Part shown: positions 50,391 through 58,965 of the stretch, piece after piece
Position numbering within the stretch: the first letter of the stretch is position 1
How the letters are laid out: every line of letters starts with the position of its first letter
Assembly: GCA_964353765.1 (NCBI GenBank)
Contig: CAYGWN010000049.1
Span: forward strand, 33,594 to 97,593
Origin: an uncultured Methanoregula sp.
GTDB taxonomy: Archaea > Halobacteriota > Methanomicrobia > Methanomicrobiales > Methanospirillaceae
Length of the DNA: 64,000 nucleotides
Direction: 5' to 3'
The notes under the pieces: generated by a model
What the model was told of the DNA's origin: nothing
Database searches by the model: none
What the model saw: only the letters and a program-made list of their open reading frames with translations
Translations under genes and position numbers: made by a program

Positions 50391-51521
50391 ATGAGCACGC
50401 TACGAGATAAGCCAGCCCTCTTCCGGACTGCACTGGTGGTATTTTTCTGCCTCATCCTGTGTGCCGGATATGTCCAGGCTTACGAACTCACCATCAGTAC
50501 ACCGGAAAAGGTCCAGCGGGGCATGCCCCTCATCATCAATGGCACAAGCAACCTCCCTCCCGGGATCAGCGTTGATATAATCATCTCGAAGTCCGGACAC
50601 ACAGTGCAGGAGGTGGGCCGGGAGACCGTCACCCTCCAGGCAAATGAGGAATTCTCGGTGGTCTTTGATACAACCGATTTCACCAAGGGTATCTACAAGG
50701 TGGAAGTCCCGGCAGTATCGGGATACCGCTATCTCGGGGATTCGGTCACCATCAGGGTGGTTGAGGTCATTGACCGGAGTGATGAGCTCCGCTTCAGCGC
50801 CCCGAAGATTCAGGAGATGGATGGTGATCTGGATATCCAGGGATTAATTCTCGGAATAAAGAATACCGGCGTCCAGATTGAAGTGATCGGACCTGGAGAT
50901 GAGATCGTCTACGGCCCTAATTTCGTCAGCACAAATACTGATGGATCCTTTGATCTAAAGGTCCCCATCACCAAAGACGGGGTATATGATGTGAGTTTTA
51001 CCGATGCAAAAGGGTATGTAGGTAAAACCTCGGTGACGGTTCTCCCGAAACCCGATCTGACTACGGTCTCCACCACGGCGCTAGCCACACGAACCGTTAT
51101 GAAGGCAACCGCCCCCTCCTCCCGTGACCAGCCGGCGGTATTCTCGGTCCTGACGGGAAATGATGAGGTGCGGATTTTTACCTCTCCGGGAATAGACTGG
51201 ATTATTGAATATACCGATGCTTCGGGCACCCTGGTCAAGGTCAATGCCAAGGGTGAGATGGATGGCGAAGAAGTGATTATGAACGGGACCAACGGGACAG
51301 TCATGGTCCGCGTTTATCCTTTTAAATACTCAATCAATGAACAGGTCACCTTAAACGCAGAAGGGGCAGAGAGTGTAACTGTTGGAGGAAGCGGACTGGA
51401 TGGAACAACCGGAACCACCGGAACTACAACCTCCATAACCCAAGCAGCTCCGCTGCCCCTCATTACAGCAGTCATCGCTGTATGCGCAGGAGTATTCCTG
51501 CTGCTCCGCAGGCGGTGGTGA
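50391..51521 (+). CDS. Cell-surface protein with signal peptide, Thr-rich linker and C-terminal TM anchor
   Basis: N-terminal signal. Ig-like repetitive beta-rich body. …GTTGTTGTTTS… then PLPLITAVIAVCAGVFLLLRRRW. Confidence 0.55.
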   Translation: MSTLRDKPALFRTALVVFFCLILCAGYVQAYELTISTPEKVQRGMPLIINGTSNLPPGISVDIIISKSGHTVQEVGRETVTLQANEEFSVVFDTTDFTKGIYKVEVPAVSGYRYLGDSVTIRVVEVIDRSDELRFSAPKIQEMDGDLDIQGLILGIKNTGVQIEVIGPGDEIVYGPNFVSTNTDGSFDLKVPITKDGVYDVSFTDAKGYVGKTSVTVLPKPDLTTVSTTALATRTVMKATAPSSRDQPAVFSVLTGNDEVRIFTSPGIDWIIEYTDASGTLVKVNAKGEMDGEEVIMNGTNGTVMVRVYPFKYSINEQVTLNAEGAESVTVGGSGLDGTTGTTGTTTSITQAAPLPLITAVIAVCAGVFLLLRRRW

Positions 51522-51558
51522 TATTTTTTATTGATTAAAGATCAATGGATATATTCGT

Positions 51559-51643
51559 GCCGGGGTAGTCTAGACCGGTAAGGCGGTGGCCTTGAAAGCC
51601 ACTGGTGCCCTGCACCTCAAGAGTTCAAATCTCTTCCCCGGCG
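51559..51643 (+). tRNA. tRNA-Ser (anticodon UGA)
   Basis: Hand-folded cloverleaf. Acceptor GCCGGGG/CCCCGGC. D arm GTCT/AGGC. Anticodon stem GTGGC/GCCAC with loop CTTGAAA. Long variable arm GGTGC-CCT-GCACC. T arm AAGAG-TTCAAAT-CTCTT. Discriminator G. Confidence 0.9.
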
Positions 51644-51772
51644 TATCAGAGAAAATTTCACTCAATTCTCTCTCCTTTCCACAATCATTGCCTCATTGCT
51701 CATTCAAAAAGGATTCCTCACTGCCTTGATGCACACTCTTTTTATAGATCCGATCATACTTCAGAGATATCA

Positions 51773-52726
51773 ATGAGGCTGGATCTTAAAACCCCGAAAC
51801 TCCCGAAGATCGGGGTTTACCACTATCTCTCAATCATCCTTTTTATCGGTCTTCTCAATACCTCAGTCGGTTATGCCTATTTCGAGGCGCGAAATACTGA
51901 AATAACAGTACTCCATATTGAGGGGGCTCCTGAAAACATGGTGTTCATTGCCGATCCTCACTTAAAAGATGGCAACATTGAGCATACCCGTACGATTGTC
52001 AGTGAGATCAACGCTCTTCATCCCTCGGCAGTCCTTATAGGGGGGGACTTTGTCTATGGAGACGGGGACAACCTCTCTCTTCAGGAAGTCTGGAGTGGCA
52101 TCGATGCCCCTGTCTATGCGGTTCTCGGCAACCATGACTACAAATCGGGCGTAACCGTGGCAACATGGGTACAAAAAAACCATGCGGTTGGTGAGGCCTG
52201 TTTTGATGCTGAAGGATACGATGCAGGGTCCCTCCGGGACAATACAACGGACCTCCCGTATGCAAACATGGTGGCGGCCAGGCTCGAGCAGAACGGTGTT
52301 ACGGTCCTCCGGAATGAATATATTCAAATGAATATCGGAGGGAAAGAACTCCTCCTGGTCGGCATAGATGACGGATGGGCAGGCATGGCCGATCCACCCG
52401 ATGTAGCGGAGACAGATGCGTTCTGCCTCTACATGATCCATGAACCTGAATGCCGTGCCGACTGGGACGCGGATCTCATCCTCGCCGGTCATACGCATGG
52501 TGGCCAGTTCCTGCCTCAAAGCACTCCACTTCCCGGCTTCGAGCTGAGCGGGTTGGTGGAACAGGACCGGGTCATGACCTATATTACGCGGGGTATCGGG
52601 ACCTCAAACCTTGGCGTGGAGCTCAGGCTGTTTGCCACCCCCGAAATTGTCATTATTAATCCTACAGAACCCCCTGAACATATCTTTCCCGAAAAGACTG
52701 TGATGCATCTCACGATTGACAGGTAA
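51773..52726 (+). CDS. Membrane-anchored metallophosphoesterase
   Basis: DPH…GGDF…GNHD…GHTHGGQ calcineurin-like motifs. The start at 51773 avoids overlap with the tRNA. TTTTTATAG lies about 25 nt upstream. Confidence 0.75.
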   Translation: MRLDLKTPKLPKIGVYHYLSIILFIGLLNTSVGYAYFEARNTEITVLHIEGAPENMVFIADPHLKDGNIEHTRTIVSEINALHPSAVLIGGDFVYGDGDNLSLQEVWSGIDAPVYAVLGNHDYKSGVTVATWVQKNHAVGEACFDAEGYDAGSLRDNTTDLPYANMVAARLEQNGVTVLRNEYIQMNIGGKELLLVGIDDGWAGMADPPDVAETDAFCLYMIHEPECRADWDADLILAGHTHGGQFLPQSTPLPGFELSGLVEQDRVMTYITRGIGTSNLGVELRLFATPEIVIINPTEPPEHIFPEKTVMHLTIDR

Positions 52727-52895
52727 CCCCGGGAGGAATTTTTTTGGAATGGAACTGAAAGTCCTCCCTGATCCTTCAGTTGTCTTCACTCCTGAACAAT
52801 CTCGGGGTCGCAGTATCACCACTGTCCCAGCAATTCCATGCTTCATAGCCCTGATCGATAATAATAAGAGTTCTGCTATGACATAGCATAGCAAG

Positions 52896-54212
52896 GTGCA
52901 TCGGATGGAGTGGAAACTTCTTCTCGCCGGAGTGTTGCTTGTAGCCGCGCTCCTGGTCGCCGGCTGCACGCAGCCCCAAGCCGGTGATGAACTGAAAATT
53001 GGTATTGTTGCCTCAATGACCGGGCCGGCCAGTACAACAGGGAAAGATATCTGGCAATCGGCAGTCATTGCCGCAGATGAGATCAATGCTGATGGGGGAG
53101 TCTATGTAAAAGACCTGGGAAAAAAGATCCCGGTTACCGTCGTTCTTGGTGATGATGAATCAACACGGGAGGGAGGACAGAAAGCAGTGACCCGGTTGAT
53201 TACCGAGGATAAGGTAGATACCCTCACTGGTGGTTTTTCCAGTGCGGTAGTCTCAGCCCATGAATCTTTTGTCGCTGAACATGGCGTCCCCTATGTCGTG
53301 ACCGGCGCGTCCAGTCCGGTTATCACCCACCGGACAGACATCAACACCAGCAGTATCTTCCATCACTGTCCTACGACTGACGATTATGGCAGGCAAACCA
53401 CCCTCTTTGCCAGTGATGTCATCCGGACCGAAATCAACCGGAAGTACAACTTTTCACCGGACCGCCCTCTTCGGATGGCTCTGATACTCCAGGACAGTCC
53501 CTTTGGGAAAGGAGTCCAGAGTGCGGTTATGAAGACGATCACTGAGGAGAACCTCCCGGTAGTTATTGTGGCGAACGAGACCTTCAAGATGGGTGAGACC
53601 GATTACCGCACCATTCTCACATCGGTAAAGGCAAAAGGCCCCGATGTGGTATATGCTGCAGCATTTCTGAATGAACAGGTCCCCATGGTAATACAGGCCC
53701 GGCGTGATGTAGGATTGAATGTTATCTTCCTAGCAGTAGAATGCAACGATGACCCTGACTATTACAGTGGTGTCGGGCAATATGGCGAGTATTCCATCAT
53801 GGAATCCCGCTTCAGCCCCTATGTCATTCCACCCGGACCTCTTTCCGATGATATCGCGGCATTCAAGGAAAGTTACAAACATCGGTGGGGAGGGTTTCCG
53901 GGTATGATGGGGGCTTCGACCTATGAGGGGGTCTACATCATAACACAGGCCGTTGAAAACGCGGGGACCACGGATAAACGGGCGGTCATTGAAGCTCTCG
54001 GAGCTCTGAACATGCCCCAGATTATCGAATATATGCAGGGCGGAACGATAACATTCACCCCTGATTTCCGCGAGTCAAAATTTGATCTGTATATGGAACA
54101 GCTCATATGGAACCAGACCGAGCAGGCGGTTCGCCCGGTCATTGTGTGGCCAGAGAATATTCAGCAGCAGCCGTTTGTTCTCCCTGACTGGTTTGAACCT
54201 GGGGAGGGCTGA
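52896..54212 (+). CDS. ABC transporter substrate-binding protein, LivK/branched-chain amino acid (type 1 PBP) family, lipoprotein signal
   Basis: LLVAGC lipobox. …KIGIVASMTGPASTTGKD… is typical of the Leu/Ile/Val-binding family. Confidence 0.8.
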   Translation: MHRMEWKLLLAGVLLVAALLVAGCTQPQAGDELKIGIVASMTGPASTTGKDIWQSAVIAADEINADGGVYVKDLGKKIPVTVVLGDDESTREGGQKAVTRLITEDKVDTLTGGFSSAVVSAHESFVAEHGVPYVVTGASSPVITHRTDINTSSIFHHCPTTDDYGRQTTLFASDVIRTEINRKYNFSPDRPLRMALILQDSPFGKGVQSAVMKTITEENLPVVIVANETFKMGETDYRTILTSVKAKGPDVVYAAAFLNEQVPMVIQARRDVGLNVIFLAVECNDDPDYYSGVGQYGEYSIMESRFSPYVIPPGPLSDDIAAFKESYKHRWGGFPGMMGASTYEGVYIITQAVENAGTTDKRAVIEALGALNMPQIIEYMQGGTITFTPDFRESKFDLYMEQLIWNQTEQAVRPVIVWPENIQQQPFVLPDWFEPGEG

Positions 54213-54311
54213 TCCCTTCCCCTCCTTTGGGAATAATATATCCATCCTCTTGTTATCCCTATCACTCCCTTTAAGGCATACAACATCAATAATTCATGAG
54301 GAGACCACCAG

Positions 54312-54536
54312 ATGTGTATCGCAGTGCCAGCTGAAGTGATCGAAAAAAAGGAAGGAAATATTGGCGTTGTGGATTATGGTGACCTTACCCAGGAGGTAAG
54401 ACTGGATCTCGTGGACGTGGATATCGGTGACTTTGTTCTCGTTCATGTTGGATTTGCTATCCAGAAACTATCACGGGAAGAAGGTCTCGAGACCAGGGAG
54501 ATTTTCCGCCAGGTCTACGCTGCAATCCAGGGATAA
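54312..54536 (+). CDS. hypC: [NiFe]-hydrogenase maturation chaperone HypC/HupF family
   Basis: MCIAVPAEV N-terminus with the essential Cys2. 74 aa. Confidence 0.85.
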   Translation: MCIAVPAEVIEKKEGNIGVVDYGDLTQEVRLDLVDVDIGDFVLVHVGFAIQKLSREEGLETREIFRQVYAAIQG

Positions 54537-54660
54537 CAGTCTTTTTTTCCGGTTTTTCTTGATAATTATCCGCGGATCTCCAGCCATAATTCAGGAATTC
54601 AATCATCCAATATCCTTATCTTACCGAAAAAACGATATTCTAAGATAAGGGAGACATTGT

Positions 54661-54840
54661 ATGGATAAAACAGGCCTGATCAGTCTTATCGGGGGGATCC
54701 TTCTCCTGTGCCTTGGAGCATATGGCGTATGGGTTTTCTTTCCTGATGTCATAACAGTATTAAAAGGATCGATAGGCATCATTGGGATCATAATCGGAAT
54801 CTTTCTGGTTATTTTCGGGGCAATCCTGATCAAGGATTAA
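54661..54840 (+). CDS. Small hypothetical membrane protein (59 aa, two TM helices)
   Basis: Hand-translated: MDKTGLISLIGGILLLCLGAYGVWVFFPDVITVLKGSIGIIGIIIGIFLVIFGAILIKD*. Below the ORF-track length cut-off. More protein-like than the listed antisense ORF 54621..54833. Confidence 0.35.
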   Translation: MDKTGLISLIGGILLLCLGAYGVWVFFPDVITVLKGSIGIIGIIIGIFLVIFGAILIKD

Positions 54841-54968
54841 CTGATTTTTACCCATGAGATATCGCTTGGCAAAGGATATTCAAATGGTTGCCGGAAAGGT
54901 CAAATTATAAGCCTTTTAAGGACGAAGATATGTGTATATAAGGCCCCACTTCTTTTGGAAGGGAATCT

Positions 54969-55784
54969 ATGAACAGGGAAAAATTGATTGCCATTATTCT
55001 GGTACTATCGCTCTCAGCCAACCTCTACCTGCTGTTCGCTGATCATGATGTTCTTGACCGCCAGGTCCAGCGCATCGTAAACCAGGCCATACCTCATACA
55101 CTGGCAGAAATGAACAATACAAGCTTTCTGAATGAGTCCCAGAGTAACCCTGCAAATCATTCAGTTCCCACAACCGCGCCCACCAACGAACCATTGAATG
55201 GGGAACTAAACGAGACAGTTCCGGTAACGGTGGCTGAAACAGCGGAACCAACCCCTGCCCCTGATGGGTGGACTACATACACCAGTACCAAATATAAATT
55301 CTCTCTCCGGTACCCGCTAACATGGGAAATCAACGAGCAGCCTGCGGGTTCGCCGGCAACGCTTCTGATCCTGACCGCTCCGATCGAAACCGATTGCGAT
55401 ACCACCCAGGCACAGTGTTTCAAATATATTGCTACCATGAACATCGAGATTGATCAGGATCCTGGGATCACGGTTCTGGAGGACTACTTCAACCACGCGA
55501 TTGCCGCACTCCAGAAGGATTATGGCATTACTTCTACGAGCAGGAGTGCAACGGCTTACCTTTCTGGAAACAGGGCATACCAGATCGAATTCTATACAAG
55601 AGATGAGCGGGGTAATCCTGACCGGAGCTACATGCAGTATTACTCGATCATCGATAAAAAGGGCTACATTATCAGTTATACCGGACCCTATGATACGTGG
55701 GAGAACGTCTATTCGCATAATAAGGGCGATGCCCAGCGAATCATTGACTCTTTTAACCTGGAACGGGTGTACCAACAGGTATGA
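54969..55784 (+). CDS. Hypothetical membrane-anchored extracellular protein (271 aa)
   Basis: N-terminal TM/signal anchor, a Pro/Thr/Asn-rich linker with N-x-S/T sequons, and a globular C-terminal domain. Confidence 0.5.
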   Translation: MNREKLIAIILVLSLSANLYLLFADHDVLDRQVQRIVNQAIPHTLAEMNNTSFLNESQSNPANHSVPTTAPTNEPLNGELNETVPVTVAETAEPTPAPDGWTTYTSTKYKFSLRYPLTWEINEQPAGSPATLLILTAPIETDCDTTQAQCFKYIATMNIEIDQDPGITVLEDYFNHAIAALQKDYGITSTSRSATAYLSGNRAYQIEFYTRDERGNPDRSYMQYYSIIDKKGYIISYTGPYDTWENVYSHNKGDAQRIIDSFNLERVYQQV

Positions 55785-55855
55785 GAGTACTCAGAGAAGA
55801 ACGATTCACCCTTTTCCTCAAGGTCAGGAGTCACATTTTAAAAAATTAGGTCATC

Positions 55856-56242
55856 GTGTTTGGTATCCTGGACCGGGAGGGTAAGGTATCGGTGAGCATT
55901 GTCACTGATGCTTCGGCCGCGTCTCTGATGCATGAGACTGTGAGGAAGGTCCGAAGGGATTCTATCGTCTATACCGACAAATGGCGCGGATACAACTCTC
56001 TTATGTTCTGCGGATACCGCCATCTCAATATCGACCATCGAAATAAATTCACCAATGGAAAGGTCTACATCAACGGTGTAGAAGGATTCTGGTTTTTCAA
56101 GATGGAACGACTGATCAAGCATAATGGAATCTCGAAGGAAAAATTCCTGGTGTATATCAAAGAAATGGAATGGAGATACAATCACAGGGATCAGGAGGTA
56201 TTTGACCCCCTGGTTCAGATCTTCCTAGGGGCAGATAATTGA
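55856..56242 (+). pseudogene. Remnant of an IS1595-family (ISXO2-like) transposase, C-terminal part only
   Basis: Aligns with the C-terminal half of the intact copy at 56282..57052 (VYTDKWRGY / ICSDTWKAY; INGVEGFW…WRYNHR in both). An in-frame TAG lies just upstream. The N-terminal zinc ribbon and front of the catalytic domain are missing. Confidence 0.7.
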
Positions 56243-56246
56243 TAAT
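56239..56246. repeat. Target-site duplication TTGATAAT (left copy)
   Basis: Identical 8-mer immediately flanks both IS termini. Confidence 0.7.
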
Positions 56247-57104
56247 GGGTATAGTCACATTCTAGCGACTAAACCTCGTGTTCAAGTAGCTTGATAAATA
56301 CGTTTCACTTTAACATTATCATTTTCGTTTCTGTGATTGTATCTCCATACGTACTCCCCTAAGTAGAGAGGTAATTTCTCTCGTCTGATACCACCTTTTG
56401 ATACCAGTTTTCGTTTCAAATATCCCCAGAATCCCTCCAGACCATTGATATGATTTCCTTTTCTATCGCTGTACTGTTTTTCACCGTGATTCACGAGACG
56501 GTGGACGTAACCTCGCGAAGCGATACCGGTATATGCTTTCCAGGTATCTGAACAAATAATGGAACCGGCTGTAACCTTTTTTGAGATGAGAGGTTGAAGT
56601 GTTTCAGCTCCAACGTCATCGACAACCTCGGCCCAGACCGTACCATTGCGACAGAGTATTCCGAATACTGGTTGTTTCGTTGTACCTCGTCCTCGTTTAG
56701 ATCCCTGATCTCGGACAGACCTTCGTTTATTCTTCCATTGACCCCCGAGATAGGTTTCATCCACTTCAACCGTACCTGAGAAGATCTCAGGTACATCTTT
56801 CGTCAGAGAGGTCCGGATAATTGTAAGGGCTCTCAGAACTCCTCGCCGTTCAAAACCGGTCCTTAATGAAATGTTCTGACTGCTTAGTTCCAGGAGAAAC
56901 CATCTGATGATCTCTCTCCATTGATCTCTCGTAAAATAGAGAGGAAGCCGGTGCGGATTAAATTCATATTTGCACCGGGAACATTTCCTCTTCTTATTAG
57001 AAAGAAGGTAAACTTTTTTAGCCTCGCATTTTGGACATGATATTTTTACCATTTCTTCCTCGTAATTTCTTTTACGAGTTGGTAGTTAAAATGGTACTAT
57101 ACCC
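56247..57104 (-). mobile_element. IS1595-family insertion sequence (ISXO2-like), 858 bp, apparently intact
   Basis: Terminal inverted repeats GGGTATAGTCACATTCTAGC / GGGTATAGTACCATTTTAAC (16/20 matching, first 9 perfect). One transposase ORF. 8-bp direct repeats. Visibly AT-rich compared with the flanks. Confidence 0.8.
56282..57052 (-). CDS. IS1595 family ISXO2-like transposase
   Basis: N-terminal zinc ribbon CPKC…CSRC. DDE-type ISXO2 domain (…VEVDETYLGG…, …SDTWKAY…, …INGLEGFW…). Confidence 0.9.
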   Translation of the reverse strand: MVKISCPKCEAKKVYLLSNKKRKCSRCKYEFNPHRLPLYFTRDQWREIIRWFLLELSSQNISLRTGFERRGVLRALTIIRTSLTKDVPEIFSGTVEVDETYLGGQWKNKRRSVRDQGSKRGRGTTKQPVFGILCRNGTVWAEVVDDVGAETLQPLISKKVTAGSIICSDTWKAYTGIASRGYVHRLVNHGEKQYSDRKGNHINGLEGFWGYLKRKLVSKGGIRREKLPLYLGEYVWRYNHRNENDNVKVKRIYQAT

Positions 57105-57112
57105 TTGATAAT
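57105..57112. repeat. Target-site duplication TTGATAAT (right copy)
   Basis: Identical 8-mer immediately flanks both IS termini. Confidence 0.7.
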
Positions 57113-57192
57113 TACCTTTATTAATATCATTTTCACCAAATCAACAAAAAAAAAGGAATTAACATATATAAGTGGATGAAAATATTTCACCC

Positions 57193-58209
57193 CTAACTGT
57201 TTTTTTGTATTTTTAACGAAATGAGGCGTTCTATGGCTGCAATGTCAGGTTCGGGGCCCGTGACGAGCCGTTTGTTCCTGACTGCGCTCTCAAGAAACAT
57301 CTTTCCTGCATCGTTTCTTACGACCAGCGTTGTGAAGCCTGGCGGGCTCCCTACCGCTCCTGCAGAGAGGTCCGCAGAGACGGCAGTCAGATCGAGGCAA
57401 TAGTGGCAGCCCGGCCGGATGGTGGTCTCAAGTTCTTTCATGGGGAGGAGGAGAGATGAGCCATCCTTCATACTGACTTCAAATTTACCTTTGATATCAA
57501 GCCTGTCAATCTTCCAGGTTTCTATCTCATAGTCCTTGCTCAATTTTCCTTCGACAAGCGCTGCATAGTCAAAGGTCTCGGTACAGAAGAGTCCGATGAC
57601 GAGACGGATAGACCGCCCGAACGGGAGGAGGAGGTCATAGTGACTGGTCCGGATATTCTGGAGTGCCTGGACCACGCAGGGTACTCCGATGACTGCTATT
57701 TTCCGGTATTTTCTTTCGATCACTGCAGTTTTCAGCGCTGCTACCAGCGGCACCCACCAGTTATACCTGCTCCCGGCCTGGTGGATGAGCTCTTCGGAAC
57801 TGGTGATGACCACCGATGAGGGTCGGAGCGTCCACCGATCCTCGCTGACGGTTACCACGGCATCGATCAGACCTTCCTCAAGTGCATTCACGAGTATGGC
57901 GGTGACCGCACCCCCACTCTGCTTCCGGGGTATATCCATAACCGCCTTTGCCGTGACAATCTGCTGGCAGGGACCCAGTTTCAGGGGTTCCTGTTTTCCG
58001 GTGCGTGGACAGGCATAATAGCAGACACCACAGGGCACCTCATCAAGATCCTCCTTACAGTACCCGATATTGAGTGGACATTTCTCCCCGCCACTCTCTC
58101 CGAAACAGATCGCATCAGCCGGGCAGACCGCGACACAGGCTCCGCATCCGGAGCAGAGGCCCTTGTCCCAGACTTCCTCTTTGAGATTCCTGTAGCTCTT
58201 CTTCTCCAT
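57193..58209 (-). CDS. Coenzyme F420 hydrogenase/dehydrogenase beta-subunit family protein (FrhB/FdhB/FpoF-like) with N-terminal 2x[4Fe-4S]
   Basis: CSGCGACVAVCP and CGVCYYACP ferredoxin motifs followed by an FrhB-like body. ATG at 58209 lies 7 nt after the stop of the upstream GltS domain gene. Confidence 0.8.
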   Translation of the reverse strand: MEKKSYRNLKEEVWDKGLCSGCGACVAVCPADAICFGESGGEKCPLNIGYCKEDLDEVPCGVCYYACPRTGKQEPLKLGPCQQIVTAKAVMDIPRKQSGGAVTAILVNALEEGLIDAVVTVSEDRWTLRPSSVVITSSEELIHQAGSRYNWWVPLVAALKTAVIERKYRKIAVIGVPCVVQALQNIRTSHYDLLLPFGRSIRLVIGLFCTETFDYAALVEGKLSKDYEIETWKIDRLDIKGKFEVSMKDGSSLLLPMKELETTIRPGCHYCLDLTAVSADLSAGAVGSPPGFTTLVVRNDAGKMFLESAVRNKRLVTGPEPDIAAIERLISLKIQKNS

Positions 58210-58216
58210 CACCTGG

Positions 58217-58960
58217 TCACACCTCCCATGAATATTTGCTGGCAAAGGGTCTCGCACTGGCAGGTGTTACCCTGAAATAGCGGTCATTAAGGAATTCCTC
58301 TCCTTCGAGCCCGAAATATCCGGAAAATTCCCGGATAAGTGGAATAATCTCTGTCATCTGCGTATCCGGAAGCTCACTCACGGTCGCTCCAACCCCGAGG
58401 TTTATCTCATCAAGACCGCCCCGAATGACGATCTTCCCGCCATGAATTCCCGACCCGAGCCCACGGTCGATTGCCGGTCGGCCGGTTTTTCTGCCGAGAA
58501 TGAGAATGAGGCCCCCGGCCATGTATTCCCCGAGGAATGCCCGTGCAGAGCCTCCGATTACAAGTATGGGGCGCTTTTCCAGGTATTGCTTCATGTGAAT
58601 TCCACCCCGGTATCCGATATCATCCCGGACAAAGATCTTTCCGCCCCTCATGGAGTGGGCAACGGCATCACCGGCACTGCCATGAATGATGATTTTTCCG
58701 GCATCCATCGTATTGCCCGGTGCATGTTCGCAGTTTCCGTGGATGATGCAGGTCGGGCCACTCATGAACATCCCGAGATCTCCCCCCGGGACACCGTGAA
58801 TGGTGATAGTCACATCACCGCGAAGCCCGTCAGCAATGAAACGCTGGCCCATGACATGATCGATCTCTATTTCTGTTGCACCTGCTGCCACCGCTTGTCG
58901 TATTACCTGATTCAGAGGGGTGTAATGCATTTGCCGGGCATCAATACTGACCTTTGCCAT
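58217..58960 (-). CDS. Glutamate synthase domain 3 protein (GXGXG beta-helix, GltB C-terminal domain-like)
   Basis: Repeated GxxGxxxG beta-helix pattern (…IHGVPGGDLGMFMSG…, …IHGSAGDAVAHSMRGG…). Confidence 0.8.
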   Translation of the reverse strand: MAKVSIDARQMHYTPLNQVIRQAVAAGATEIEIDHVMGQRFIADGLRGDVTITIHGVPGGDLGMFMSGPTCIIHGNCEHAPGNTMDAGKIIIHGSAGDAVAHSMRGGKIFVRDDIGYRGGIHMKQYLEKRPILVIGGSARAFLGEYMAGGLILILGRKTGRPAIDRGLGSGIHGGKIVIRGGLDEINLGVGATVSELPDTQMTEIIPLIREFSGYFGLEGEEFLNDRYFRVTPASARPFASKYSWEV

Positions 58961-58965
58961 ACCTC

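Noticed and set aside
51605-51772. N-terminal extension of the phosphoesterase ORF (GTG start at 51605)
   Set aside because: It begins inside tRNA-Ser (51559..51643). The internal ATG at 51773 is preceded by a TATA-like box and starts with the signal-anchor sequence.
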